Shown: positions 40,501-55,393 of the stretch, one piece after another
How positions within the stretch are numbered: position 1 is the first letter of the stretch
How the letters are laid out: each line of letters begins with the position of its first letter
Origin: Geosiphon pyriformis uo1
Taxonomy: Eukaryota; Fungi; Glomeromycota
Length of the DNA stretch: 64,000 nt
Assembly: GCA_016748015.1 (NCBI GenBank)
Contig: JAAOMT010000295.1
Location: 124,001 to 188,000, forward strand
Direction: 5' to 3'
Made by a program: the position numbers and the translations under genes
Notes under the pieces: model-generated
Told to the model about the DNA's origin: nothing
Databases searched by the model: none
What the model saw: the letters and a program-made list of their open reading frames with translations, nothing else

Positions 40501-41962
40501 ACTGAACCAATTGCAAAAATAGGAAACTGAGTTGACATGCCCTTTAAAACCAAAAAATTGTCCTCATAAAGAACATCAAAAGTGCTGCATGCCAAAAAAA
40601 TCTTATTAGAGAGAATCTTAGAAAGAATCTTGCAAGCTGTCTCAATTAAAGCAATAGGATGGGTATTTATCAGAACACTCTTCCAGTCATAAGACTTAGG
40701 AATTATTGAGACCCAAGTCTCTTTTCAAGGGCTGGGTACAGATTCACAAGCTAAACAAGAGTTCAAAAGCACCAAGAGCAGATTAAGAATTGATTCATTA
40801 CAATGCTTTCATAGTTTATTTAAGATACCCAACAGGCCAGCAGCTTTACCATTAGATAAATTAGAAACCACCCCAAATAATTCATTAAATCCAATAAAAC
40901 ACATCACACTAGAAAAAGCTCCATCAAAAACATACTCCAAAGGTTAATATTGACAGCTCTAATTATTGGCAATATTATTGACCATCTGATGTCTTCTAGT
41001 CTAATCTTCCATGATTGTATCTACCTTAGATTTGACCAATTCAGGCTCCAAGACCAACTTATTGTCCACAACTAAATGATCCAACACCACTTTATAAAAG
41101 GGATGCTCTAGCACACTTCTGATAGTATAACCTTTGTTCAATTCAAAATTTTCTATCCTTTTACAAATTGCCTGTTTGATGTAACACTTTTCAGCACATC
41201 TTGATTCCAACAATTTGGAAAAGCAATAAGACTTCTTTGCCTTAACCAGCTTGGAATAAACAGCATCAAAACTAGAACCAGAAATAAAAAGAGATTTCAC
41301 TCACACTGCATCACTATTATCAAGTTTATTCCAAGTCTTTAACAATAAAGCAAAATCCTTACTAAAAGCCAAACAAGAAGTCTTTACTAATTTGGACATC
41401 AGCAACTCAAGTTTATGAAACCTAGAAGACTCTTTGGTAAAAACACCATCAAAACTCTTGGACTATTTCTTACTAAAAATACTATCGGCTGAAAAAACCA
41501 TTATTCTATAAACAACAACCCACATTGCATCCAGATCCAAAAATGCTACAGCTCTAGCAAACTCATCTAAAAACATAGTGGTATTAGCTGTCATGGCATT
41601 CTTAAACTTGCACTATTTTACAACATTGACATGTTTGACATCAAACTTCCAATGATTCTTATTAACTTGTTTTTAAAGCAAAAACAACTACACATTCAAC
41701 AAACCACTAAGACCCACAGAAACAACAATAGCCTTGTAGTTAGTATCAAAATAGTCCACTACATCAGTCACACCACAGTTTACTATTGAATTGACCAAAT
41801 TAAAAGAAATAAACAATTAATCAATCACCTTGATAACACTACAAAAATTGTGCTACATTGGCATCTTAGCTGCTGAGCTCCCATCCAATAAGTTAACCAA
41901 GTCCAAATCAAGGCACTTTTTATAACTGGCACATCTACAAAAACCATCTTCATTGAAGTTGC
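37585..41962 (-). mobile_element. LINE ORF2 (partial APE, RT, RNase H) and 3' UTR, interrupted in the APE domain by element B2
   Basis: Homologous to 16642-20900 (FNED, FVDNTIW, YIDGSL..AEMQA). 3' UTR and A-rich tail at ~37585-37715. Confidence 0.9.
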
Positions 41963-42165
41963 TGTTACAGATGATTATTTGGGGTCTTAAATCAAATAAC
42001 AAATCCATAACTTGGTACTCAATATCTTGACAATGCTGGTGATACTGGTATATTGGTTGTATTTGAAAGTTTTAGAGTTGAGTCTTTTGTATAATGAACA
42101 AAAATTCAATGATGATGTAGTTGGTTGGTAAGTTGTGTTTTCAATTTCTGTCTTCAGCTTGGTGG

Positions 42166-42933
42166 TATTACTCATAAAAAAAAAACAGATATAAAAAATA
42201 GCAGACCAATAAAAAAATAGTATTTAGCACATAAGCACATTGCTCAGCAATATGAGCATTGCTCAAAAAATCATAGCACATCACTCAAGAATATGAGCAA
42301 TTTCATAGAACATCAATTATGTATATATAGCAGTAGCATTAGAAGTAGAAAGAGCAGAATCTCTAGTTAGAAATCTTTTATCCACAAATATTAAATAAAT
42401 AAATCATCTATTATCCAAATTCACTATTCACTATCAACACTTCATGTTGATAGTAATTGATACTTAATTATGTTGGAACAATAGCTCTTGATTATGGCTA
42501 TTGATAAGCTACTAACTTGCATATTGCCTTGGTTCATTTCTTTATTTTCTTTTATTTTTCTTTCTTTTTTTGATTTTTCTTGTTGAATACTAATGGATTA
42601 AGAATTAAAGCACTGAGTTATTAATGTTATGGATAGCCTGGTAAAAGACCCATAAATAAGAGTAGAATTATATATATATTATTAGATAGCTTACCAGAAG
42701 GGCACGAATGCCAGAATAAATCCGGCCACCAAGCTGAGAAAGAAATTGGGAAACAACTTACCAGAAAACTGTAAATAACATCAACAAAAAATCTCTGTTC
42801 ATTATACAAAAGACTCAACTCTAAAACCTTCAGATACAACCAATGTACCAGTATCACCAACATTGTCAAGATATTGAGCACTAAGTTACGGATTTGTTAT
42901 TTGATTTAAGATTCCAAATAATCATTTGTAACA
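42166..42933 (+). repeat. 5' LTR of B1
   Basis: TATTACT (TG mutated)...TGTAACA. Direct repeat of 52254-53121. Confidence 0.94.
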
Positions 42934-42935
42934 TT

Positions 42936-42952
42936 TGGTGCTCCCTGTGAGG
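42936..42952 (+). promoter_or_regulatory. Primer binding site of B1 (resembles elongator tRNA-Met)
   Basis: TGGTGCTCCCTGTGAGG is complementary to ..CCUCACAGGGAGCACCA, similar to eukaryotic elongator tRNA-Met 3' ends. Confidence 0.75.
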
Positions 42953-42996
42953 TATAATCCTACAGAAAATCAGCACCAACAACACCCATTTAAACA

Positions 42997-45900
42997 GTGG
43001 CAGAATCTGAAGAAACAGGGACAAACCATCTAGGATTTGCAAAATCTTTATTCCAACACTACTGTCAACATTTAGGATTAATTGACAACCACTTATCAGC
43101 AGAATCAGCTTTCAATTTCTACATCAATGAGAGAATCTTATATTTACTAGGAGTACCAGTAAAAACTGACTCAGCTAGAGAAAACTTCTACAATGAATTA
43201 ATCCAGAATATTAGCCTACCAACAAATTACAATTTCACAGCAATCTTCACTGAAATCAATAAAAAAATTGAAATTCACATTCAACAAAGATATCCAATTA
43301 TCTATGCAAACAAAGGCAAAGGAAAATTACAAATATCAGCAATAACACCTTAAAAGATACAACTACCTATTTGGAAGAAAACTAGAGTCAAATTACCAAC
43401 AAAACCATCATATCACTATACATCTGGAAGTGCCATTAATATTACATCAACAGGTATGTCCACATCAACTTTTAGACAATTCCCATTTCAGAGTAAACAA
43501 AGGAAAGAAGATCTTCTAAGATCATATGGCATGTATTTCGAAGGATTTAAGTCACAATTGCCAATGCCATCAGGACTTCGATTTCTGCTACTTCAACCAA
43601 ATTTCGGAACCACAAGCCCCTAGGAAGTAACAGATTTGGGAAAAAAACAAGAAGAAAAGGAAGAAGAATCTGAAGATTAAGAATTTACTTACCAGAACCT
43701 GATCATGGAAAACTCAGAAATCAAAACTCCGAACTTTCAAATTCAGCAAAATCCAACTTTAGAAAATTCAGAAATCCAAACTCCGAATTTTCAAATACAG
43801 TATAATCAGAACAAGTGAAATCCTGACATTAATAATCAATAACACTTATCTCCAGTAATTGTCATCACTAGCTCCACCAAATGTCAAACAACAACAACAA
43901 CAGCCACAACTGCTATCTCAACAAAACCAGCAGCAACCACAACAACAACCAATGGCTTATGCTCCAATTGCCAAAATCAAGAAATTTACCAGTGAAGAGA
44001 ACAATGCTCAAATATGGCTCAACAATATGGAAAAAGCCATTGTAGCCAATGGATGAAATGATGATAGAGCCCTTCAAGCAATTTTCTATTTTCTACAAGA
44101 TATTGCTGACTTGTGGTATCAGAGTTTAGCCATTAAACCTTAAACATTCCAGGAATTCAAAACTGCATTTTTAGGATATTTTAGTAATAATAACAGCATT
44201 AATTGCTTAGCCAACACCTTCACCATAATCAAACAAGGAGAAACTGAAGCAGTTACCACTTACTTGGGATGTTTCCACAGGAATTTACACCAAATCCAAG
44301 CAATTCAAGCTGACTATTTTACAGTGCCTCAGATTCTAAACCAGTTCATCCGTGGACTGCATAGTAGTCTTTTCCAGTGTGTACATCCAATGCATTCACA
44401 AACTCTCCAAAATGCCATCATAAATGCCAGAAATTTTGAATTGGCAAAACTCAAAGCAAGCCATGCCCAAGCTGTTAATCTAGTAATGAATGGATCATTT
44501 GAATTGGATTCCAAATTGAAACAATTCAGTGATTTAATTAATCAGAAATTGGAAGGATACTTAGCTGACAATCGTGCAATTTATCAACCACCACAACAAC
44601 ACAATAATTTAGAAAACATGAATTGTTTCCAAAATTAGTCGCATCTATCATTATCTCCAAATCAGCCATGGCAACAAGAGACACATGTCTGCCATAACTG
44701 TGGTAAACAAGACCACATTAGAGCCGACTGCTAATTTTATAATAATAATCAACAATTGGGAAATCAATATTGAAACCCCAATTGCCAGTTCCCAATTCTG
44801 AGTTACCAATCCAATTCAGCCCCATATCAACTAACTTATCTGTCAATAATACAACAGCCAATATATCAACCACTCATATATTAATCTCCAGTTTATCAAC
44901 CGCAACCACTGATAATATATCAACCACCACAGCCACAAATAATTTATCAGACACCCACAGTTCAAACATTGCTATTAAACCCAGCTCAAATGACATCAGG
45001 AAACCCTAGATCGAAAGCCACCCAAAACTGGAGATCAGCAATGGTTGTTCACCAACCAATTCCCAGTTCATCCAACCAGCCATCAGAATTACAACAGTGG
45101 AGTTCAGGAACCAGGTATACTCAAAACCCGAGTTCCCAGAACTATTTAAGTCTTCTGGCTACCTCAGAAGACACCTCACCCAACACTTGAGAACCCAAAC
45201 AGAAGCAATTACTTACCAATATTCTGGCAGCCACTATTATAGAAAATGAGTCTCTAGCAGCTATATTTCTTTTCGAAATCGAGGAACTGACAGAAACTCC
45301 TTTGTTTAGTGGAGCCACACTCGAGGAAAAACCTATTATGGTAATGTACACAGATGCCAAAATTAATAGTCAGTTCATCAAACTGATTCTAGATAGTGGA
45401 TTAGCTGGCAGTATTATCACAAGACAATTCATAGACCAATTAGGTCACCAAGTTGATCAAGCTGCCAATGCAAGAATAATTACCGCTGATGGAGCCACCA
45501 AGACTCCAATTGGTAAAATAGATAACTTGCCCATAGAAATCAATGGCATCACTGTACTAATCAAGATATTAGTCATAGAAGCCACTCAATACCAAGCACT
45601 AGTGGGTAATAACTGGCTGTTCAAAATCAAAATGACACTTGATTGGAACACTCAAGAGCTCCAGCTTAGCCAGAACAGACAACACACACATGTACCAGCC
45701 ACATGTGGCCATTTCAAACTCATTATCACGCCATCAGCTTTACTTATCAAATTTGAAGAAAAAAAAAAAAACCTACCTGGAAAGCATACCAAGTCTCTTG
45801 GGCCGACGAAGACTACAACAAGCTACCACCGATACTTTTTTGGGACAACAAGAGAAAAGAGAAGAAAAACAAAAAACTTACTTGGAATACTGACCAAAAC

Positions 45901-48900
45901 TGGGAAACTGATAATGACCAAGATGAATCAGCAAACTGGAAGTGAGAAGAAATTGATAAGAGAAAGAAGAAAAAACTATTCTCACTAGCAGCACTTATAG
46001 TTTATACACTTATATTTTATCATCACCATCCAATTATCATCAACCAAAATTGGAATGTGTTGATTGCAGCAAGAAATTGTTATCAATGAGTGCATGCTGT
46101 GGTGATGATGAGGAATACTCCATGGCCACAAGATTTTACTGCTGCCCATGTGTCATAGAGCACTTTGGATGACCAAAATGACAAGGAAAGTGGGATAACC
46201 AACCATGTCTCACATGTGGAACTATCCTATCTGACAAAAGAATGTGGAATGACATTCCTTGGCATGAAAGAACGTGCAATGAAACATGCCAGTACACCAT
46301 ACTGATAAATGATTGGGTAAGCAAAGGAACACCAATTGATAATGCCTGGAAACAAGCATTGTAACAATTGGAAAAATATCCTCATGACAAAGATGAACTA
46401 TGGAGAATGGCGTATGCAAAAGCAGAAAGCATGACAATCAGCAAACTACTAGAGATCAAAAACAATCCTTTATCTCTTCCTGAACCCAAATATGTCCAAA
46501 CTTTTAATGTCTTTGGCAACATTGAAGACAATTCAGAAGAATTTTATGAACATTACCAGTGTTTGGCACTTACTAGGGAAGAACAAGAGCAGTGTTTAGA
46601 GCAGTTGAACACTTGATTATGTCAATATTGCTTAATTCCTTGTGACTTTCAGTATTGTAATGAGTGTGACCTCATTTACAATCCACTACCATCCATGATC
46701 TACACAATTCCAAAAGAAGATGAACCAATAAGCAACTGTGCATCAGAATCGAAATCAACTTTCAATCCCAATTCAAACTCTGACAACGATGACAATGAAC
46801 ACAATGGTTCCAGCTCTGCTCTAAATAGCAATGAAATTTACGACAATTCAAACTCTGATTCAAACCCCAAAACATTTATCACACTTTCTGACCTCACTAA
46901 ATAACAAAAACTTAAATGGTTCAGTGATAATGGCAAAGGTATTATGCCAGAATGTGCACATGATACTGATGCAGGGTTTGATCTGAGATATCTAAAGAAA
47001 GATCCATTCAAATTGGAACCACATTTGCACACTTGTATTGATTTAAAAATAGCACTGGAAATTCTAGCCACAACAATAGTTCAATTGACATCTAGGAATA
47101 GCTTAGCCAAAAAAAGAATCAACATCAGAGGAGGGATAATTGATACAAAATATATAGGAAATATCATTGTTATGCTACAAAATAACTCAAAAAAGACATA
47201 TATTATAGAGCCAAATGAAAAGATAGCACAAGCAATATTCTTACCTCTGGTGAAAATAGCTTAGTTAATGTCAGTAGAAAGCAGGAAGGAATTAAGGATA
47301 ACAGCAAGAGGGATACAACAATTCGGATCCACAAGTAGAATAGATGTACCAGTTAATATGGCAGAGGAAGAGATTGTTGACAAAGGAAAAATTATCTCAA
47401 CTCGTCAAACAATTTCCATTTTGCCATATGACCAGTATATGTTAGCTATAAAAAGAGAAGTAAAGAATCAAGCTCAATTGTTTGAAGCAGAAGCCACCAT
47501 TTGTGAATCAGGGGAGATTGGACTTACTAATCTCTACATATCAGCCAAAAGTTCCAAAAATATCAAAATTCCCATCTACAACACAACTGGAAGTGTCATC
47601 AAAATACCAAAGGGAACTATTATTGGATATTTAACCACCAAAGTTGAAAATCAACCACCAAACCACATTCCAGATTTTTCACAGCTTTGCAAATATGTGG
47701 ACATTACATCACAAACTATCTATGAAAGAAATGAATATTATTTGCTCTAACCAGAACAATTGGAACAGATAAACATAAGGAATCTAGATCCACTTCAACA
47801 GATGCAACTCAAGATGTTACTCAACAATTTCAATGACATCTTTGTCAGCGAAAATGAATTTGGCCGAACCAACATCATCTAGCATTAGATCAAAACTGGA
47901 GATGCAATGCCAATTAAACAAAGAACATACAAAGTACTACCAGCTAGCCATGAGATCATTTGTCAAGAAATTAACTGAATGCTTGACAATGGGTTAATTC
48001 AGCCATCAATGAGTCCATGGTCATCACCAGTGGTACTAGTCTGGAAGAAAAATGGGAAAATCCACTTTTGTGTAGATTACTGGAAACTGAATAGAATAAC
48101 AAAAAGTGATAGCTATCCAACTCCAAAGATCCAAGAACTATTCAATGCTTTTGGAGGAAATAAATGGTTCTCAACACTAGATTTAAATGGTGGTTATTGG
48201 CAAGTAGCCATGAATCCAGCTGACAAAGAAAAAACAGCATTTACCACAAGAGAAGAAAATTTTGAGTTTGAAGTCATGCCATTTGGCTTAATGAATGCTC
48301 CAGCAACATTCCAACGGCTCATGGAAATTGTCTATACTGGATTACTATGGAAATCAGTAGTCATATACTTGGATGACACCAATGTGTTCTCAAAAACATT
48401 TGATGATCATCTGTATCATCTTTAATAAGTGTTTGAAAGGTTGAGAAGAGCAGAATTGAAACTAAACGCAACCAAATGTTTCTTTGAAAAAACTGAACTT
48501 AAGTTTTTAGAACATATAGTGAGCAAAAATGAAAGCAAAACGAATCCAAACAAGATTGAAGTAGTTAAAAACTTTTTGGTACCAACCAATTTGACAGAAC
48601 TAAAAGCATTTTTAGGTTTCACAAACTATTATTGCTGTTTTATCAAAGATTTTTCAAAACTGGCTTAGCCACTTTACTATCTACAGACCAAGAAAATGAA
48701 GTATGAATGGACTGAAGCTCAACAAGAAGTGTTTGACACATTAAGAAGAAAACTTATCCAAGCTCCAGTATTGATGTATCCAGATCACAGCAAACTATTC
48801 ATAATCACCACCAATGCATCAGGTCAAACATTGGGAGCAGTACTATCACAAAAAGGATTAAATGGAAGAGAACATCCAGTAGCTTATGCCAGTAGAAGCT

Positions 48901-49169
48901 TAAGTCCAGCTGAAAAGAATTATAGAACTCCAGCACTAAAACACTTAGCTATCTATTGGGCTGTCATCAAATAGAAAGAATATTTGAGTCAAAAGTTTGA
49001 AGTGTACACTGATCACAAAGAATTAACTTCAATCCAAAAACAAGAATTTGCAGATGATTGCTATGCCAGATGGAAAATAGAACTTTCACCATTTAATTAT
49101 ACAGTACATTATAAAAAAGGAAAAAACAATAGAAATGCTGCTGGACTGTTATGAATGAGACAAATTTAA
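42997..49169 (+). pseudogene. B1 gag-pol (extension, Gag, PR, Cys-rich domain, dUTPase, RT, RNase H)
   Basis: MAYAPIAKI, LNQFIRGL, CHNCGKQDHIRADC, LILDSG, AGFDL..GGIID..KIAQ..FGST, YLDD at 48366-48377, RH, stop at 49167-49169. Confidence 0.92.
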
Positions 49170-49201
49170 AAACATTTCAACCCAAAAAAATATAACAAAA
49201 G

Positions 49202-51544
49202 ATGAACACACAAAAATACCAACAACTTCAGCATTATATAAATACTCAATCATTCAAAGAGAAATTATCTCAAAAAGAACAAAACAATATAAAACAACAA
49301 TCAAAATATTTTATCAATTATCAAAATATACTCTACTGGAAGAACAGAAGAAATCCGAATTAACCAATCAGAGTAATTACAGAACTAAAGAAAGAGACAA
49401 TATTGTTTAACATACACTCAGATCCAACAGCAAGACATTTTCATAAAGAAGCGACCATAGAAAGAACCAAAAAAAGATATTATTGCTCATCAATGTATCT
49501 AGACATCATCTAATATGTTCAAAATTGTGATGCTTGTCAAAGAAAAGGAGAAACAAAACCAAGTAAACCATTAAGACCAATCAAAGTAGGACAACCATTT
49601 GATCACATTGGAATTGACTTAGTCAGACCATTGTTACCAATAGAATTTTAGCTAGTAATTAGCATAAAATTACCCTTATAATCTCTATAATTAATTAGTA
49701 TATTAATATTATTTCAAATTATCATTTATTATTTATTTAATTATCACATATCACGATTCAATTAAAATAATCTAATTAGTATAACAGAAAGTAAGATAAT
49801 CAAATTACACAATATCCTGAACTTTGTAACATTCTAGAATTCGCCGAAATTTACAGAAATTTGCCAAAATTATAAATAGTTCACCCAAATTAATCAATAG
49901 TTTAGCAAAATAACTTGTAGTTCATCAAAATGTATCTTTAGCTTGCCAAAATTTGAGCAAAGAAAAAAAGTGCAAGTTCATAGACTAGTACTACAACAAG
50001 TTGTATAAAAGAAGAGCTTTTCTCTTTAAGAAAATATATCTTACTTTAGATTTATCACTTAGAACCATTCCTACACACACAAAAAGAAATAAAATATCAA
50101 ATAATTTGAAAAACCAATTTCTTTAAATATTGCACTTAGAAAATTTCCAAAAACCCAACTAATGTTTTGAAATTGATTAGCTACCAATTTTGGTAAACTG
50201 TTAGTGACTCCAGGCCTGGATAGAAAACGTTTCCCTTGACAGAATTCTATTTCTTTTACATTTCTTTTATTTTTTTATTACAATCATTAGGATAGCCTAC
50301 AGATAAGATTCCAGTAGAAAAGTTGACTTTCACAGCAAAGTAACTACACATTTTTAGTGAGCTTCCAGACAAGTAATTCCTGAGAAAGAGTTGACATTTA
50401 CGACAATGTAACTATACAAAGTAACTGGCATAGAATTGGCTATTCCACTCATAAGCCCAACAGTTCAAATTATAGGAAATAATTTGAAGATAAATTCAGT
50501 TATTGGAGGTTCAACTACTTCTAGAAAATGTGAATTTGCAACCAACAAACATTTACAACATTCAAGAAAAGAGACCAAAAACCTCCAGTAACACCATTAA
50601 CAATTATCAGTAAAGACAACAGATATATTGCAGTAGCCATAGACTATCTCAATAAATAGCCAGAAGCAAAAGCCATTCAAAGAGCAGATGCAGAATCTGT
50701 TGCCGAATTTGTTCATCAAGATTTGATATGTTGACACAGATGTCCAAAAGAACTATTATCAGATCAAGGAACTTATTTTGTGAATAGAACATTAACAGAA
50801 TTAAGTTAGAGATTTGGGATAAAAAGACCATTATTGTCACCATATCATTCATAAACAAATAGACTAGTCGAAAGATTTAACAGAACACTGTGTGAAGCAA
50901 TCACCAAAATCAGTCAAGAAAACCAAAATAAATGGGATTTGTTTATACCATCAGTATTATTTGCTTATTGAACAATGAAACAAGATACTACATAAGCAAT
51001 ACCATTTGAATTGGTATATGGTAGGACAGCAACATTACCAGTTGAGAGAAAGGTCAGCATATATCCAACTGAACCAATAACAGAAGCTAATTTCCAAGAA
51101 ACATTATTGAAAAAAACATATGATCTAATAGAAACACTAGAAAACAGATGACAAAAAGCAGCTGATAATATTCAAAAAAAGCAAAAAAAGCAAAAAAAAT
51201 GACACAATAACCAATTACCAAATAAACCAGTTGAATTCAAGATTGGAGACAAAGTACTTTTACATTATACCAAAGTGGAAAAACAATGGAGTGGAAAATT
51301 CGATCCCAAATGGGATAGACTATTTAACATAGAAGAAATTCTTAGAAATAAAGCTTATAAATTAAGATAGGACAACAAAATCTTAACCAAAGCAGCACAT
51401 AGTGATCGACTAAAACCATATCACCAAATAGCATCATCATCTACCAATAACATTCTACAATTAGAAGTACAACAAATACTAGTTCAACCAGATAAAATTC
51501 CATGAGATCTGGAACCAATCATAATCATTAAACCAAACACGTAA
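49202..51544 (+). pseudogene. B1 integrase (separate ORF), interrupted by a solo family A LTR
   Basis: ATG 49202, HHCC (CDAC), GIDLV, SDQG, C-terminal W-GPF-like module. Confidence 0.9.
49632..50593 (+). repeat. Solo LTR of family A (A2)
   Basis: TGTTACCA...CCAGTAACA flanked by TSD CCAT at 49628-49631 and 50594-50597. Confidence 0.96.
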
Positions 51545-51604
51545 AATCAAACAATAAAAGAGTATATAAAGACACAGTATACACAACAAAAGCAACCAAG
51601 AAAA

Positions 51605-52240
51605 ATGGAAATACCAAATTATATTCACACCATAGCTCAACAATTATTTCAGGCCTTAAGTCAACAACCTTTAGACATGGAAATTATTATTAACAACCAA
51701 ACAATTTGCTATCAAAACACCAAAAGAAAGACAAAGAATACACCATATTAGCATTTACCAAAGAATAATAAAAACTGGTCAGATAACATAATAAAAAAAG
51801 TAAAGAACACTTTTGGAAAAATACCTATTATGGCACCAACAAAAGAACTTACAAAAGAGAATTGAAAACAATGGACAGAACAACTTCCAATATCATACTG
51901 TTACTACTAACTAGGTCGAAAGTTGAATATTCAGGAGTTGTATATTGACAAATCCAAGAGAGTATTTAACCAAAACATAATACAGCAAATTGAAGAATTT
52001 ATTGAGAAAAAGATGAACTTAACACTACATGTGAAAACAATTTATTGACTACACAACATATTTCAGAACTATCCAGAAATACTGTTATACTCTAACATGG
52101 AAACCATAACCATTAACCAATAGGGAAGAATGAACAATACACAAGTAGAAGACATAAAGAATAGAGTCAAACAAACAATACTTGAAAAGGAAGTATTAGA
52201 ATTAATTCAAAATAAAAATTTTGACGGAGCTCAATATTAA
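51605..52240 (+). pseudogene. B1 ORF3, unknown protein
   Basis: 636 nt from ATG to TAA, the same length as B2 ORF3 (54457-53822). Internal stops arise from CAA/CGA/TGG codons. Confidence 0.78.
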
Positions 52241-52253
52241 AAGGAGGAGATAA

Positions 52254-53121
52254 TGTTACTCATAAAAAGAAAACAGATATAGAAAATAGCAGACCAATAA
52301 AAGAATAGTATTTAGCACATGAGCACATTGCTCAGCAATGTGAAGCAATGTCAAAAATTATGGCATATTGTTCAGCAATATGGAGCAATATCAGAAAATT
52401 AGAGCATATTGTTCAGCAATGTAAGCATTGCTCAAGAAATCATAACACATTGCTCAGAAATGTGAACAATCTCATAGAACATCAATTATGTATATATAGC
52501 AGTAGTATTAGAAGTAGAAAGAGCAGAATTTCTAGTTAAAAATCTTCTATCCACAAATATTAAATAAATAAATCATCTACTATCCAAATCTACTATTCAC
52601 TATCAACACTTCATGTTGATAGTAATTAATACTTAACTATGCTGGAACAATAGCTCTTGATCATGGCTATTGATAAGCTACTAACTTGCATATCGCCTTG
52701 GCTCATTTTTTTATTTTCTTTTATTTTTCTTACTTTCTTTTATTTTTCTTTCTTTCTTTTATTTTTCTTATTGAATACTAACGAATTAAGGATTAAAGCG
52801 CTAAGTTATTAACGTCATGGATAGCCTGGTAAAAAACCTCAAAATAAGAGTAGAATTATATATATATTATTGGATAGCTTACCAGAAAGGCATAAATGCT
52901 AAAATAAATCCAGCCACTAAGCTGAAAAAAAAATTGGAAAACAACTTACCAGAAAACTGCGAATAACATCAACAAAAAATTTCTGTTCATTATACAAAGG
53001 ACTCAACTCTAAAACCTTCAGATACAACCAATGTACCAGTATCACTAACATTGTCAAGATATTGAGCACCAAGTTATGGATTTGTTATTTGATTTGAGAC
53101 TCCAAATAATCATCTGTAACA
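52254..53121 (+). repeat. 3' LTR of B1
   Basis: TGTTACT...TGTAACA followed by TSD GTGG. Confidence 0.95.
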
Positions 53122-55393
53122 GTGGCTGGTTTATTTTGGCAGTCGTGCCCTTCTGGTAAGCTATTTGTTAATATATATATAATTTTACTCTTATTTCTGG
53201 GTTTTTTACCAGGCTATCTGTAATGTCAATTATTCAGTGCTTTAATTCTTAATCAGTTAGTATACGACAGTAAAAATCAAAGAAAGAAATAAATAAAAAA
53301 AAATAAAGAAATAAGCTAAGGCAATATGTACATTAGTATCTTGTTAATAGCCATGATCAAGAGCTATTGTTCCAGTGTGGTTAGGTATCAATTACTATCA
53401 ACATAAAGTATTAATAGTGGAGAGTGGATTTGGATAATAAATGATTTATTTATTTAATATTTGTGGATAGAAGATTTCTAACTAAAAAATTCTTATCTTT
53501 CTACTTCTAATGCTACTGCTATATATACATAATTGATGTTTTATAAGATCACTCATATTTCCGAGCAATGTGCTATGATTTTTTGAGCAATGCTCACATT
53601 GCTGAGTAATGTGCTCTAATTTTCTAACATCGCTTCACATTGCTGAACAATATGCCATGTTTTCTGACATTGCTCCACATTGCTGAGCAATGTGCTATGA
53701 TTTCTATCATTCTTATACATTGCTAAACAATGTGCTTACATGTTATATACTATTCACTCATTGGTTTACTATTCTCTCTATATCTGTTTTTCTTTTTATA
53801 AGTAATATTATCTTCTCTTTTTTAATATTAAGCTCTGTCAAAATCTTCATTCTGAATTAACTCTAATACTTCTTTTTCTAGTATTGTTTGTTCAACTTTA
53901 TTTTTCATGTCTTTTACTTGTACATTGTTTATTCTTTTCCATTGATTAATGGTTATGGTTTTCATGTCAGAGTGTAACAATATTTCTGGATAGTTCTGAA
54001 ATATATTGTGCAATTAGTAAATTGTTCTTACATGTAGTATTGAGTTTGTCTTTTTTCCAATAAATTCTTCAATTTGCTGTATTATGTTTTAGTTAAATAT
54101 TCTCTTGGATTTGTCGATATACAACTCTTGAATATTCAACTTTCAACCTAATTAGTAGTAACAATTTGATATTGGAAGTTGTTTTGTCTATTGCTTCCAA
54201 TTCTCTTTTGTAAGTTCTTCTGTTGGTGCCATAATAGGTATTTTCCTAAAAGTGTTTTTTACTTTTTCTATTATTTTATCTGACCAGTTTTTATCATTCT
54301 TTGGTAACTACTAATATGGTGTATTCTTTGTCTTTCTTTTGGTGTTTCAATAGCAAATTGTTTGGTTGTTAATGATAATTTCTATGTCTAAAGGTTGTTG
54401 ACTTAAAGCCTGGAATAATTGTTGAGCTATGATGTAAATATGATCTGGTATTTCCATTTTTTTTTCTTGGTTGCCTTTGTTGCATATACTGTGTTTTTAT
54501 ATACTTTTTTATTGTTTGATTTTACATGTTTGGTTTAATAATTATGATTGGTTCCAGATTTCGTGAAATCTTCTCTGGTTGAACTAGTATTTGTTGTACT
54601 TCCAATTGTGAAATATTATTGGTGGATGATGATGCTATTTGGTGATATGGTTTCAGTCGATCACCATGTGCTGCTTTGGTTAAGATTTTGTTGTCCCATC
54701 TTAATTTATAAGCTCTATTTCCAAGAATTTTTTCTATGTGAAATGGTCCATCCCATTTGGGGTCGAATTTTCCACTCCATTGTTTTTCCACTTTGGTATA
54801 ATGTAGAAGTACTTTGTCTCCAATCTTGAATTCAACTGGTTTATTTGGTAATTGGTTATTGTGTCATTTTTTTTGCTTTTCTTGAGACTTTTGAATGTTA
54901 TCAGCTGCTTTTTGTCATCTGTTTTCTAGTGTTTCCATTAGGTCATATGTTCTTCTCAACAATGTTTCTTGGAAATTAGCTTCTATTATTGGTTCAGTTG
55001 GATATGTGTTGATTTCTATCTTAACTGGTAATGTTGCTGTTCTACCATATACTAATTTAAATAGTGTTGCTTGTATAGTATCTTGTTTCATTGTTTGATA
55101 AGCAAATAATACTGATGGTATAAACAAATCCCATTCATTTTGGTTTTCTTAACTGATTTTGGCAATTGCTTTACACAATATTCTATTGAATCTTTCAACT
55201 AGTCCATTGGTTTGTGAATGATATGGTGATAATAATGGTCTTTTTATCCCAAATCTCTGACTTAATTCTGTTAATGTTTTATTCACAAAATGAGTTCTTT
55301 GATCTAATAGTAGTTCTTTTGGACATTTGTGTTAACATATCAAATCTTGATGGACAAATTCGGCAATGGATTCTGCATCTGCTCTTTGAATGG

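Larger units (their letters stand above)
42166..53121 (+). mobile_element. Full-length degenerate Ty3/Gypsy LTR retrotransposon, family B copy B1
   Basis: LTRs 42166-42933 and 52254-53121, TSD GTGG at 42162-42165 and 53122-53125, PBS, PPT AAAAGGAGGAGA at 52239-52250. Confidence 0.96.
41963..55393 (-). mobile_element. Family B LTR element copy B2: 3' LTR split into 41963-42165 and 53122-53807, ORF3 54457-53822, integrase 3' part 55393-54522
   Basis: Reverse complement of the B LTR, PPT, ORF3 and integrase. The LTR rejoins after removing B1. The integrase is interrupted by A3. Confidence 0.92.

Noticed and set aside
41963-42933. Terminal inverted repeats of a DNA transposon or DIRS element
   Set aside because: Explained by B1 inserted in the opposite orientation into the B2 LTR, with a GTGG TSD.
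52316-52470. CRISPR-like palindromic repeat array
   Set aside because: The spacers resemble each other, the array lies inside eukaryotic LTRs, and there are no cas genes.
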